Shown here piece after piece: positions 10,023 to 18,682 of a stretch of 31,234 nucleotides of DNA. The stretch is from positions 1 to 31,234 of IMG/VR virus record IMGVR_UViG_3300014775_001500; one strand, written 5' to 3'. This DNA comes from a virus. Its lineage: Duplodnaviria > Caudoviricetes. Under the pieces are notes generated by a model. The model ran no database searches. It worked only from the letters and a program-made list of their open reading frames with translations, and had not been told where the DNA came from. Positions within the stretch are counted from its first letter, which is position 1; every line of letters begins with the position of its first letter. The position numbers were made by a program, and so were the translations under genes.

Positions 10023-11465
10023 TTAGAAACGATAGAAAAAGGCTTTATTGTAACTCGTCGCGACCTCGTCGTCGACAAACGCGAACGTCGCGTCGTACGT
10101 CGAGATCCCTTCGTTGTCGCCGTACGTTGCCGGGTCGCTTGGTTGCGCGTTGCCTATGATTGCGATCGCGTTGCCGGCCTCGGCCCCGAATTGCAACAAA
10201 AGGCGGCTTTGCGTCCCGTTTGCTTCGGTCGTGTCTTTGAACGTTTTGGCTTTGTTTCGGAACGAAACGCCAGCCGAAGCCGCGCGCCCGGTCACGATGA
10301 CGGTTTGGCTTGCCGTGTCGGCGTCGCCAGTATCGCGAACAACCGATCGCTCTATGTTGTAGTTAAAATCGACGTTTGAAACGTCAAGCTCGGTTGTACC
10401 GAAGAAAGCGCGCCCTTGCACAAACTTGATCGGCGCTGGCGGCGTTGTGTTTTTTGACGCAAGCGGAATGTTGCCCGCAATTGAAAACGAATCGGTCAAC
10501 GCGAAATCCTCGCCGGTTGCCTCAACCGTCAAGGTCAACGTTTGCGAAAACTGCGACGCAAGCGAAAGGTTGATCACGCAACCTTTGTGTTGGAAAAGTT
10601 GATCGTCGATAAGTTCAACCACGGTAAGCGAAAGTTGCCCGGTATCGTCTGGCGTGAACTTTTCGCCCGCGTGAAAATCTTCGCCCGAGGTCGGAGTTGA
10701 CGAAAGCGGCGGCGAAATCACGATCGTATCACCGGATGGGCTTTCGGTTGCTTCGGTAACATAGGCAACTTGGCCCTCGATCAACACCGCGTCGCCAGCG
10801 CTGAAAACGTTGGCTTCGCTTGTTGAAAGGTTGATCGTTGTCGTGGTTGAACCGGATCCGACTGAGTCGGACGCGTGGGCGCTACGCGTCCCGATAGCCG
10901 CCAACAAGTGCGAGTAACGATCAAGCGTAGGGGTTCCGCCAGTTCCGGCGATCGGTGTTTCAAGGCCGAGGATCTCGCTTTCAAGCGACCCCTCAACTTG
11001 GGAAAGGCCTTTGAGGTTCGACGGCGGCGTCCAACTTCCGCGCCGAAAGTCGAGCCTCGAAAGGTTTTCCTTTCCAATCGTGAAATCCGAAGTTGCGGGC
11101 AACCTCCCGAAAATATAAAACGTCGCGCTGTTACGGGCGGCCGCAAGCGCTGGCGTGATCGTCAAGGTCAACTCGGTTGACGCTTCGACGTATGCGGTGT
11201 CGGTTATGTATGCATGTTCCTCGGAGTCGGGAAGATAAACCGAAAGGCCGTTGAAATAGTCGGCCAAATAATTTTGGCGCGCCGTCGCGTCGGCAAGGTC
11301 GGCCGGGTAGAGATCCGAAGTTGAGCTTGTGACCTCGACTTTGAGGCTCGTTGTCGTGTTGCCGCTCGATTTGCTCGATTGCTCGAAAGGTGAATATCCT
11401 TGGTTAACCTCGGGAACAAAGCCGATAAGCCCGAGCGCCGCGCGTTTGTAGTTGCCTGCCATCAT
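10023..11465 (-). CDS. major tail (tube) protein
   Basis: 480 aa acidic Ser/Thr-rich protein upstream of the chaperones; tube-like C-terminal half (HKGCVINLSL...DFNYNIER...TGRAASAGVSF). Confidence 0.7.
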   Translation of the reverse strand: MMAGNYKRAALGLIGFVPEVNQGYSPFEQSSKSSGNTTTSLKVEVTSSTSDLYPADLADATARQNYLADYFNGLSVYLPDSEEHAYITDTAYVEASTELTLTITPALAAARNSATFYIFGRLPATSDFTIGKENLSRLDFRRGSWTPPSNLKGLSQVEGSLESEILGLETPIAGTGGTPTLDRYSHLLAAIGTRSAHASDSVGSGSTTTTINLSTSEANVFSAGDAVLIEGQVAYVTEATESPSGDTIVISPPLSSTPTSGEDFHAGEKFTPDDTGQLSLTVVELIDDQLFQHKGCVINLSLASQFSQTLTLTVEATGEDFALTDSFSIAGNIPLASKNTTPPAPIKFVQGRAFFGTTELDVSNVDFNYNIERSVVRDTGDADTASQTVIVTGRAASAGVSFRNKAKTFKDTTEANGTQSRLLLQFGAEAGNAIAIIGNAQPSDPATYGDNEGISTYDATFAFVDDEVATSYNKAFFYRF

Positions 11466-11605
11466 TCAACCCCTTTTTCGGTTTGGGTTTCGGTTTCGGG
11501 TTCGGGTTCGACCTCGGGCGGCTCGGGTTCGGCGATCACGGGTTCGGGATGAATCACGATCGCTTTATTCCAAAAAGCCCGGTCGTTTCGGCCTCGGTCG
11601 GTCAT
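11462..11605 (-). CDS. small Pro/Glu-rich protein (47 aa, not in the ORF track)
   Basis: ATG 11605 with GGGAG/GAGG upstream; MTDRGRNDRAFWNKAIVIHPEPVIAEPEPPEVEPEPETETQTEKGVE; TGA overlaps the tail-tube ATG. Confidence 0.6.
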   Translation of the reverse strand: MTDRGRNDRAFWNKAIVIHPEPVIAEPEPPEVEPEPETETQTEKGVE

Positions 11606-11610
11606 GGGCC

Positions 11611-12024
11611 TCACTCCCTATAGATCAAGGTGAATTGTTGGGTTGTCACTTGTTGCCGGTCGACAAGCTGCACGGTCGCCGTTCCGGTTCGGGTTATGTT
11701 CACAACGTCGTTGTGATTTGCCGAAATCAAAGCCTCAACCGCCAGTTGAGAACGTAAGGCCGCCCGGGCTTGCGCCGCTGAAAAGGTTTCGCCTGTCCCT
11801 TGCGTCGTCGCGATTTCGAGCGCAACGACAACGGAAAACGATTCGGGCGAAAGTTTCAACTCTTGGTAAAGCGCCGCGCCGGTTTCAACGCGGAAAAGGT
11901 AGGCCCCATCAAAGCGCGCCCGGCTCGAATTGAGCAACGTAGCGTCAGAGTCGCCGCCGGTGTTTGTCAAGCCGGTTGCCTCAACGGCTGTTTTGAGGGC
12001 CGTCAAGGCCGTTTCGAAGCTCAT
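11611..12024 (-). CDS. putative tail terminator / head-tail joining protein
   Basis: ATG 12024 (ATGA overlap), MSFETALTALKTAVEA...QQFTLIYRE; size and position fit. Confidence 0.55.
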   Translation of the reverse strand: MSFETALTALKTAVEATGLTNTGGDSDATLLNSSRARFDGAYLFRVETGAALYQELKLSPESFSVVVALEIATTQGTGETFSAAQARAALRSQLAVEALISANHNDVVNITRTGTATVQLVDRQQVTTQQFTLIYRE

Positions 12025-12749
12025 CGTACCAACGAGACGCCGGCGAAGTTCAAGCCGCGTTCCTGCGGCTCTAAACGGCCGTCTTGGGGCCAAAGGTCAA
12101 CGTCAACCTTTGAGAGTTGTTGGTCGATAAGTGCAAACGCTTGCTCGCGGAGGGTTTCGTATTTGTCCCAATCCTCGGATCCCGCCGAAGAAAACGACGT
12201 CGCGAAGTAGAAACGCGACATCGTCAAAAGCCGGTGGGCCTCGAAAAATTGTTCGGGATAAAAAACGTTGCCCGGGTTGCAAGTGCGCCGGCCTCGGTCG
12301 CGCAACCGCTGGCGGAGCGTGTCGGAGATTTGCCGCCACGCTTCCCGCCGAAACGTGGCAAGCGAGGTTTGCCCGCTCAAGTTTTGAATGTACGGGTTCA
12401 CGTCGGTTATGTCTTGATCCGAAAGTTGCGAGTGAAAGGCCCGAATCACCACGTCAAAATACAGTCGGCGCGTGTATTCAAGGCCCCCGCTCGTCAAATA
12501 GAAAACAGCCCGAAAGCCGTCCTCGATTTCAAAAACCGAAGCGCCCCACGTCCGGGTGTACGTCGCGACCGCGCCGGAAAACGAAACGCCCGACGAAGTA
12601 CGCGCGACGATCTCGTTTCCGTTCGTGTCGAGGATCGCGACCTCGGCGGCGGTCAACGTGGATTCTACCTCGTCAATCATGAGGCGATAGTGCAAAGAAT
12701 CACTTTCGCCCCTGACCACCGTTCCGCGTTGCCCCGCTCGGTTGCTCAT
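12021..12749 (-). CDS. putative head-tail adaptor protein
   Basis: 242 aa; helical C-terminal half (WRQISDTLRQRL...YETLREQAFALI) with an N-terminal beta domain; position after the capsid genes. Confidence 0.5.
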   Translation of the reverse strand: MSNRAGQRGTVVRGESDSLHYRLMIDEVESTLTAAEVAILDTNGNEIVARTSSGVSFSGAVATYTRTWGASVFEIEDGFRAVFYLTSGGLEYTRRLYFDVVIRAFHSQLSDQDITDVNPYIQNLSGQTSLATFRREAWRQISDTLRQRLRDRGRRTCNPGNVFYPEQFFEAHRLLTMSRFYFATSFSSAGSEDWDKYETLREQAFALIDQQLSKVDVDLWPQDGRLEPQERGLNFAGVSLVR

Positions 12750-13210
12750 CGTCGTTTGCCTCGCTTCGGTTCAACCACCGGGGCCGGCGTTTTTGTAGGC
12801 TCGTCAATCACGAACGATTCGCGAACCTTGCCGCGCTCGCTCGCCATTGATGAAACCGACCCGTAGGTTTTGAACGTAACTTTTGCCTCGCCAGCGCGAA
12901 GGCGCACGATTTCGCCTTTTTTGAAAATGCGAACCCGTCGCCGCCCGCGCCGATCGAAGCCTTGCATAAGTGAAACGCCCTCGTCGAGGATTTCAAGCTC
13001 GAAGTCGCGGCCGTTGCCGTAGGTTCCCGCCTCGCCTTCAATCGCCCAAGCGACGTAGGTTTGGAACGGTTCCTCCATTTGACACCACGATTCGAGAGAC
13101 ACGAAATCCGCGATTGTATCGCAAGCGTTCCGGTGTTCGGTTGCTGGCAAAGCTCGGAGATAGTCGGAAAGGCCGAAACCGTCGAGCTTTTGAAGTTGTT
13201 CAATTTGCAT
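12746..13210 (-). CDS. hypothetical protein (head region)
   Basis: ATG 13210 with GGAGG RBS, MQIEQLQKLDGF...PKRGKRR. Confidence 0.65.
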   Translation of the reverse strand: MQIEQLQKLDGFGLSDYLRALPATEHRNACDTIADFVSLESWCQMEEPFQTYVAWAIEGEAGTYGNGRDFELEILDEGVSLMQGFDRRGRRRVRIFKKGEIVRLRAGEAKVTFKTYGSVSSMASERGKVRESFVIDEPTKTPAPVVEPKRGKRR

Positions 13211-13242
13211 TTGTTGACCTCCGAACGCAAAAAAAACAGTGG

Positions 13243-13656
13243 TTAGGCGTTTGTGCCGGGTTCGACGTAAAACACGGTCAACTTGAAGTTTGTCGTGATT
13301 GATTCGCCGTTTCCGACTTCTGAAACGATCGTCGCGGTCGTTGTACCCGTGCCGGCCGCGTCGCGAACGTCGCGATCCGCCATGCTTTGAAGTTTGAGCT
13401 TGCCAGACGAAGAGATCCATTGTCCGACGTAGTTTTCGACGCCGCTTTCGCCGACTGCGCCGTCAACTTCGAGTAGAATGTTGTGAACGTCGCCAGCGAC
13501 AAGATTTTCGTTGATGTCAGAAAGATCAAGCTCGACGCCGTCGGTTGCGTAAGTGATTGTCTCCGTGATCGACATCATAGCAACGTTCAAAACAAAAGCC
13601 TTGCCGGCGGTCGCGTAGTCGCTTTGAGCTTCGACTTTCACCATGTTTACAGGCAT
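13243..13656 (-). CDS. putative head decoration protein
   Basis: 137 aa acidic beta-rich protein right after the capsid gene, with AGGAG RBS. Confidence 0.5.
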   Translation of the reverse strand: MPVNMVKVEAQSDYATAGKAFVLNVAMMSITETITYATDGVELDLSDINENLVAGDVHNILLEVDGAVGESGVENYVGQWISSSGKLKLQSMADRDVRDAAGTGTTTATIVSEVGNGESITTNFKLTVFYVEPGTNA

Positions 13657-13681
13657 TTTATGCTCCTTTTGTGGTCACAAC

Positions 13682-14728
13682 TTAGGAAGTCGCGAGGCCG
13701 TAGATTGCGCCGAACTGGCTTGGGTTTTTGCAGACGAGTTGCGGGTAGCATTTGATAATCATGCTCTCCGCGTCGTGACCCGGGTCAATCGCTTTGATTC
13801 CGACCGGGTAGCCTTCGAAGTCGGCCGGCATGGTTTCAAGCTCGACGTCGGTTTGGGGCGTGTCTTGCGGGAGAAAATGCAAGCTCATCATATCAGTGTT
13901 GATAAACCAGATCTCGTCGTTGACGCTGTTTCCGCTCGGTTCCATGCTATCAATCGGGAACACGGGTACGCCGTCAAGCGTAAAGGTTCGGATCAAGCCC
14001 TCGACGCTGGCGACTTCGATGTATTGAATATCCGCGCCGAGAACTTCCGCGATCAAGTTGTATTGAGTGCGCGAACACCAAATTTCGTTCGGCCGGGCGT
14101 TTTGGTCGGCAAGCTGCGCGAAAACTTCGCGAATCATTGCACGGGTCACGGTTGCCGCGCTGGCGTTTTTGAGGGCCGGTTGCCACCACGAGTTGGTCAA
14201 GCTCAACCCTTCAAAAGAGCCGGTATTAGTCATCCAAGTCTTGACGCCGGCGAGGTTGTTTCCACTTTGCGCTTTGACAAGGTCGTTTTCGATTCGCGAA
14301 AAAAGGGCTTTCAACTTCAACTCAAACTCAACCGCAATCGAAGGCAGGTCGCCAACGACGCTGTTTCCTTGCGCGCCGTGGATCGCGAGGCCGTCCATTT
14401 CCATCGGGATCCAGTATCGCGCCCATTCAGCGAGGGCTTGCGCGATCGAAACGTTGGTCGCGGTCGGGTATGCGTCGCCCTGTGCATAGCTCGCGGCCGC
14501 CCCGGCAGAGTAGTACACGGGGAATTGTGCGGCGTAACGGCCGCCGACGTCGGCCCCCATGCCTCGGAAAAAGATTCGGTTGTTGACCGCCAGCCGGCCG
14601 ATCACTGAGTTCGGCGGGACAATGCTTTTGAGGTGAGATCCGGACGAATCGACAAGAGACATCACGATCTCGTTGCCGTAGTTTTGCCGCAGTCCGTTCG
14701 CGAGGCTTGTCAAAGTTTCAGTCGCCAT
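13682..14728 (-). CDS. major capsid protein (HK97 fold expected)
   Basis: 348 aa after the scaffold; strong AAGGAG RBS; C-terminal YPQLVCKNPSQFGAIYGL resembles MCP C-termini. Confidence 0.8.
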   Translation of the reverse strand: MATETLTSLANGLRQNYGNEIVMSLVDSSGSHLKSIVPPNSVIGRLAVNNRIFFRGMGADVGGRYAAQFPVYYSAGAAASYAQGDAYPTATNVSIAQALAEWARYWIPMEMDGLAIHGAQGNSVVGDLPSIAVEFELKLKALFSRIENDLVKAQSGNNLAGVKTWMTNTGSFEGLSLTNSWWQPALKNASAATVTRAMIREVFAQLADQNARPNEIWCSRTQYNLIAEVLGADIQYIEVASVEGLIRTFTLDGVPVFPIDSMEPSGNSVNDEIWFINTDMMSLHFLPQDTPQTDVELETMPADFEGYPVGIKAIDPGHDAESMIIKCYPQLVCKNPSQFGAIYGLATS

Positions 14729-14752
14729 TTTGAAGGCTCCTTTTGTGACGGG

Positions 14753-15214
14753 TTATCGTTGGGCGTTCAGAATAGTAGACAAACGCCCGCGAAGTTCTTT
14801 CAGGTTTTTCGGTTTGGAAGTCGGGCCGTTGATTTGTGACCGCGTGTTATCGGCCGACGTTTTCGAGGTAGCACCCTGAACGGTACGCAAAACCGTTAGT
14901 TTTTGCAAGGGGTTTTCAGCTTTGAGCGCAACGAACAACGAGTCAACTTTTTCTTTGCGTTGTGCCGACAAACCAGAAAGCCGAGCGTCAAGCAACTTTT
15001 GCGCGTTGTTGTCGTACTCTTCGATCAAGGCCCGCAAACGCTCGTTTTCGGCCTGCAACGCTTCAACGTCGACCGTCGGGGCGGCTGGCGTTGCTTCGTC
15101 GCTTTTTGCCTCATTTGCGTTCGTTTCTGGGGCGGTTTCATCCTCGACAAGCAACGCGGCGAGTTGTTCAAGAATCGCTTCGCTTTTGTCTTCCGTGTTT
15201 TTTTCTTGTTCCAT
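14753..15214 (-). CDS. capsid scaffolding protein
   Basis: Acidic N-terminus and coiled coil (VEALQAENERLRALIEE); directly upstream of MCP; AGGAGG RBS. Confidence 0.7.
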   Translation of the reverse strand: MEQEKNTEDKSEAILEQLAALLVEDETAPETNANEAKSDEATPAAPTVDVEALQAENERLRALIEEYDNNAQKLLDARLSGLSAQRKEKVDSLFVALKAENPLQKLTVLRTVQGATSKTSADNTRSQINGPTSKPKNLKELRGRLSTILNAQR

Positions 15215-15265
15215 CGTTCGACCTCCTATAGTGTTTCAACCAGTACATAAGCACAGCAAGGCTAC

Positions 15266-15303
15266 AAAAAAACCTCGGTTATCCCCTCGACCGGGGTTTT
15301 TTT
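15266..15303 (-). terminator. intrinsic terminator, possibly bidirectional
   Basis: A7-CCTCGGT-loop-ACCGGGG-T7 hairpin just after the TAA of the 15302..15766 gene. Confidence 0.7.
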
Positions 15304-15766
15304 ATGCTTGCGAAATGATTTTTTGAAGCTCGGCCTCGACGGCGGCGGCGATCGCTTGCTCGTCGGCTGGCGACAAACCAAACCACGGCGTCAACGCTTG
15401 GTTGTACGCGGCCTTTTCTTTTTGGTCGTTCGTGACCGTGATCACGCCTTGCGCGCCCGTTGGCGTCGCCTCGACGCGGTCGAGCAAAACGCTTTTGACC
15501 ATTTGCCCGGTGATCGTCAAGTCGCGAATGTCGACCCGGCGGCCCTGTTTGTCGCGGCGCTTCCCATAGCTTTTCGCGTAGGTTCGCGCGCTGTTCGGCG
15601 ACTTGCTCGGCGTTTTCATCTTTTGATCGTCAACTCCGACGCCCGCTTTTGTGCGCAGCTTGATCGAAGCCGCCCCAACTTGCCCCGCAACGTCGACGAT
15701 CGCAAGCGCCGTTTTGCTTGTGATTTCCTCGGGCAACTTCAATTCCATTTTTCCAACCTTGATCAC
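15302..15766 (-). CDS. virion morphogenesis protein (Mu gpG-like)
   Basis: GTGA overlap start; YAKSYGKRR...DLTITGQMVKSV...AAYNQ...WFGLS pattern. Confidence 0.6.
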   Translation of the reverse strand: MIKVGKMELKLPEEITSKTALAIVDVAGQVGAASIKLRTKAGVGVDDQKMKTPSKSPNSARTYAKSYGKRRDKQGRRVDIRDLTITGQMVKSVLLDRVEATPTGAQGVITVTNDQKEKAAYNQALTPWFGLSPADEQAIAAAVEAELQKIISQA

Positions 15767-16632
15767 TTGCGCCCCCGGGCCGCGCTGTTTGCGCGTTTTA
15801 TGTCGTTGGTTGTTGCTTGCCGGATCCCTTGCCTTTCTTGGTAGGACCGGGGAACCCAGATCCATTCGTGCCGGCAATTGTACCCGCCGCACGAAGTCAA
15901 AACAGAAAGGCCTTGGTTGTTGTTGAGTTGCGAGATCTGCCGCTTGTCGAACGCAAGGCCGACGCAAACGTCGCAAAACGGGCGGTCGAGGGCGTCGTCG
16001 GGGCCGCTGAAAATTGCAATTGTATCAACCCCGGCGGCCTCCATTCGTACCCCGGCCGCGTTTTGTATGCTTTGCACTTGCGCCGACATAGCCGTGCGAA
16101 CAATCGTTTCGGCTTGCCCTTGACTAAGGTTCGAAACGGCCGAGATTTGCTCGCCAGCGACCGAAAGCGGCGTCGGCACAACTTGCATTTGAAGCAACAC
16201 TTGCCGCACTTGCGCCGCTATGTTTTCGCGGATCCGTGCAACCTGCAACGTCGCCGTTTCTTTTGCGGCGTTTTGTTGTTCGAGAAAGGCCGCGCCCTCG
16301 CCGGCAAGGGCTGCCTCCAAACCACGCAACGAGGGCGTTTCGAGCCCGTCGGCGAACTCGACGCCGAGGCCCTTGATCTTTTCAAGCGCCGTTTGCGTCG
16401 CGAGGTTGAGGAACGGATCGAACTCGAAATATTTGCGAACGCCCGCCCGGTCGATCAAAGCGTAGACAAGTTGAAGCGAAACTTGCGAACGCAACAAGCG
16501 ATCGTTGTCGCGGTTTTTGCGTATCCAATCGATCAAAAAGTCGCGAAGCGGCGGCAACTGGCGGCGGTATTGACGCGCGACCCGTTTCAGCGACTCTTCG
16601 GTTTCAATCGTTAGCTCGTCAAGCGTTCCCAT
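15763..16632 (-). CDS. minor head protein (MuF/SPP1 gp7-like)
   Basis: Follows the portal; C-terminal SGPDDALDRPFC...GGYNCRHEW motif. Confidence 0.75.
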   Translation of the reverse strand: MGTLDELTIETEESLKRVARQYRRQLPPLRDFLIDWIRKNRDNDRLLRSQVSLQLVYALIDRAGVRKYFEFDPFLNLATQTALEKIKGLGVEFADGLETPSLRGLEAALAGEGAAFLEQQNAAKETATLQVARIRENIAAQVRQVLLQMQVVPTPLSVAGEQISAVSNLSQGQAETIVRTAMSAQVQSIQNAAGVRMEAAGVDTIAIFSGPDDALDRPFCDVCVGLAFDKRQISQLNNNQGLSVLTSCGGYNCRHEWIWVPRSYQERQGIRQATTNDIKRANSAARGRK

Positions 16633-17944
16633 CGTCTAACCCTACCACGGGCAAAAGTGGCCCCATCAAAGCAACCTCTTCGGCTTGGATTTGTGCAAGC
16701 TCGGCCTCGGCCTCGTCGGCGGTCATGTTCCACAAAGTCTCCATTGCACGCTTGCGCGAAATCAACTTTCCTTGCACGGCGAGGTTGTACGTTGCGACCT
16801 CTTCGGCGAGGTTCGCGCCCGGGCCGAGGGGTTGATAATCGACTTGCACGTCGCCGGCCGGCAACTCGTCGCCAGTGAAGAAAAACCAAACAGACCTCGC
16901 GACGTCGTAAAAACGCTGCTCAAACAAGCGCCAAAGGTTGCGCCGTTGTTCCCACTGGCGTTCGAGGTTGTGCAACTGAATCGTGAGCGCGTAGCCGCTT
17001 TGAGCCGACAACGTGCCGCGCGTCATTTCCGGCCGGATCCCTAGTTGGTTGAGCGTAACCGCCGAGGCTTGCAAAACCGAATCCAAGTGCATTTTGAGAT
17101 CCGCTTGCATGTCCAAAACAGAAACCGACGCGCCCGGGTTGTCGATTGTCAACATGCTCGACGGGTCGGACATTTTTTGCATCTTCTCTTCGTCGTCGAG
17201 GCCGATCCCGACGAGTTGTTTGAACGATTGCAGGTGTTGAATGTGGTTCAAGTCGGTCTTTTGCACGCCCGTTGTCATCGTGGCTTGCCGCAATTGCTCG
17301 CTTTCGCCTTCGTGAAAAACTTGACCGTCGGAGGGGTACGCGTTGTGAATGCAAACCCACGGGATCACGCCAAACGGGTTGAGGTTGTCGGGGTTTTCCG
17401 GGTCGCGGATCAAGTGGAAATCTTTGTCGTAAACCGCGTAATTTTCGGCCGTCCAGACAACGAAGTGATCGCCTTTCTGATACATAAGAAACGACAAACC
17501 AAGCGGGTCGAGCGGGGCCGGCAAGGCCCACGCCGAATCCGGCGTCAAAATGTCGACCGTCAACAACTGGCGACTTTCGTCGTAAAGCGGGCGAACAAAG
17601 GTTTCTTGACAAACAAAGGTTTTCTTGTCGGCCCCGTCGAATGCCATATCCAGATCCGCGAAAACCTCGAAAGGCTCGGGGTTGCCGTCAACGGTTCGGG
17701 TCGTTTTGCGGGAGTAAACACAAGCGATTTGATCGGCGGCCTGTTTGAGTACGTTGATCGACGTGTCGGCGCGGAGGGCGAGTTTTTCGTAGGTTTGCGG
17801 CAGAAACAACGCCCTCAACTCGTCGTCGAGGGCGTGTTTCCAATCGCCCGCGTATATGTCGAGCAACCCGGCGACGTATTCGCGGCGCTCGGCCTCGCTT
17901 TGCTTTTTGACAAGGCTTTGAAGGTTTTCGCTTGTGAGTTTCAT
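16619..17944 (-). CDS. portal protein (SPP1 gp6-like)
   Basis: ATG 17944, 441 aa; NPFGVIPWV, AQSGYALTIQL, ISRKRAMETL...EAELAQIQAE motifs. Confidence 0.85.
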   Translation of the reverse strand: MKLTSENLQSLVKKQSEAERREYVAGLLDIYAGDWKHALDDELRALFLPQTYEKLALRADTSINVLKQAADQIACVYSRKTTRTVDGNPEPFEVFADLDMAFDGADKKTFVCQETFVRPLYDESRQLLTVDILTPDSAWALPAPLDPLGLSFLMYQKGDHFVVWTAENYAVYDKDFHLIRDPENPDNLNPFGVIPWVCIHNAYPSDGQVFHEGESEQLRQATMTTGVQKTDLNHIQHLQSFKQLVGIGLDDEEKMQKMSDPSSMLTIDNPGASVSVLDMQADLKMHLDSVLQASAVTLNQLGIRPEMTRGTLSAQSGYALTIQLHNLERQWEQRRNLWRLFEQRFYDVARSVWFFFTGDELPAGDVQVDYQPLGPGANLAEEVATYNLAVQGKLISRKRAMETLWNMTADEAEAELAQIQAEEVALMGPLLPVVGLDDGNA

Positions 17945-18333
17945 CTTGATCGTTTCCTTCGTCGCCGCGCGCGGGCGTTTTGTTTGCGTTTCGCTTTCTT
18001 TTGTTTGTCTTCCCGGTTGAATTGCGAGACTTTGCGGATCGCCCAATTCACGCCAGCCGTACCGCCCCACGTTGCCCACGCTACGCGGCCCCGGTCGCGC
18101 CAAGGTTCGCCCTGATAACGTTCGGCAACGGCGGCGTTTTTGCGGTGTCGTTGAAACGCCGCCATTCGGCGGATCGTGGCTTCGGTCAACGCCCGGCCGC
18201 TTGCGATCTGATTCGCCCGCGTCCAACCCACGCGTGTCGCGCCTTTCACGACTTTTCGGCCGTATTTATCCCGCCAGCGAAGCGCCTTCTTTGCTTCTTT
18301 GATTGCGCCGGCTGGCGGCTTTGCTTTGCGCAT
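17941..18333 (-). CDS. basic head-associated protein of unknown function
   Basis: GGAGG 9 nt before ATG 18333; PP.GA...A..AL.W...G.TRVG..RA.Q...TIRRM..F.RH...VAWATWGG..G..WA pattern that I recall from phage head modules. Confidence 0.6.
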   Translation of the reverse strand: MRKAKPPAGAIKEAKKALRWRDKYGRKVVKGATRVGWTRANQIASGRALTEATIRRMAAFQRHRKNAAVAERYQGEPWRDRGRVAWATWGGTAGVNWAIRKVSQFNREDKQKKAKRKQNARARRRRKRSR

Positions 18334-18682
18334 TTTCAATGGCCTCCGTTATCCATGCAAGCGCCTCGCCGCTTTTCACTTGATCCCCGGTCGCATAGTA
18401 AACGATCCAACCGCACAACTGCAACGCGGCCATTTTCCAACAGTCGCCGGCGTACCCCTTGCCCCGGGTGTGCCGACCGCCGCCCCACGTCCCGCCTTGC
18501 ACTTCCAAAACGATCGCCTCGTCAATCCAAGCGAAGTCGACTTTGTGCCGGGTCATGAGTTCGCGCGGGTGGTCGGGCTTTTGCCGTTGTATCGGGATCA
18601 AGCGAAGTTGACGCGCCGGGAGCGGCAAGCCGGCGGCGTTGCATTGAGAATAAAACAAATCTTCGAGGTTGCTTTGACTCAT
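18266..18682 (-). CDS. PD-(D/E)XK endonuclease (Vsr/DUF559-like)
   Basis: SNLEDLF...VDFAW...VLEVQGGTW..GRH.RG.GY..DC.K...LQLCGW.V motif. Confidence 0.75.
   Translation of the reverse strand: MSQSNLEDLFYSQCNAAGLPLPARQLRLIPIQRQKPDHPRELMTRHKVDFAWIDEAIVLEVQGGTWGGGRHTRGKGYAGDCWKMAALQLCGWIVYYATGDQVKSGEALAWITEAIENAQSKAASRRNQRSKEGASLAG

Noticed and set aside
15225-15266. Internal promoter for scaffold and capsid after the terminator
   Set aside because: Plausible from context, but I could not find a convincing -35/-10 pair.
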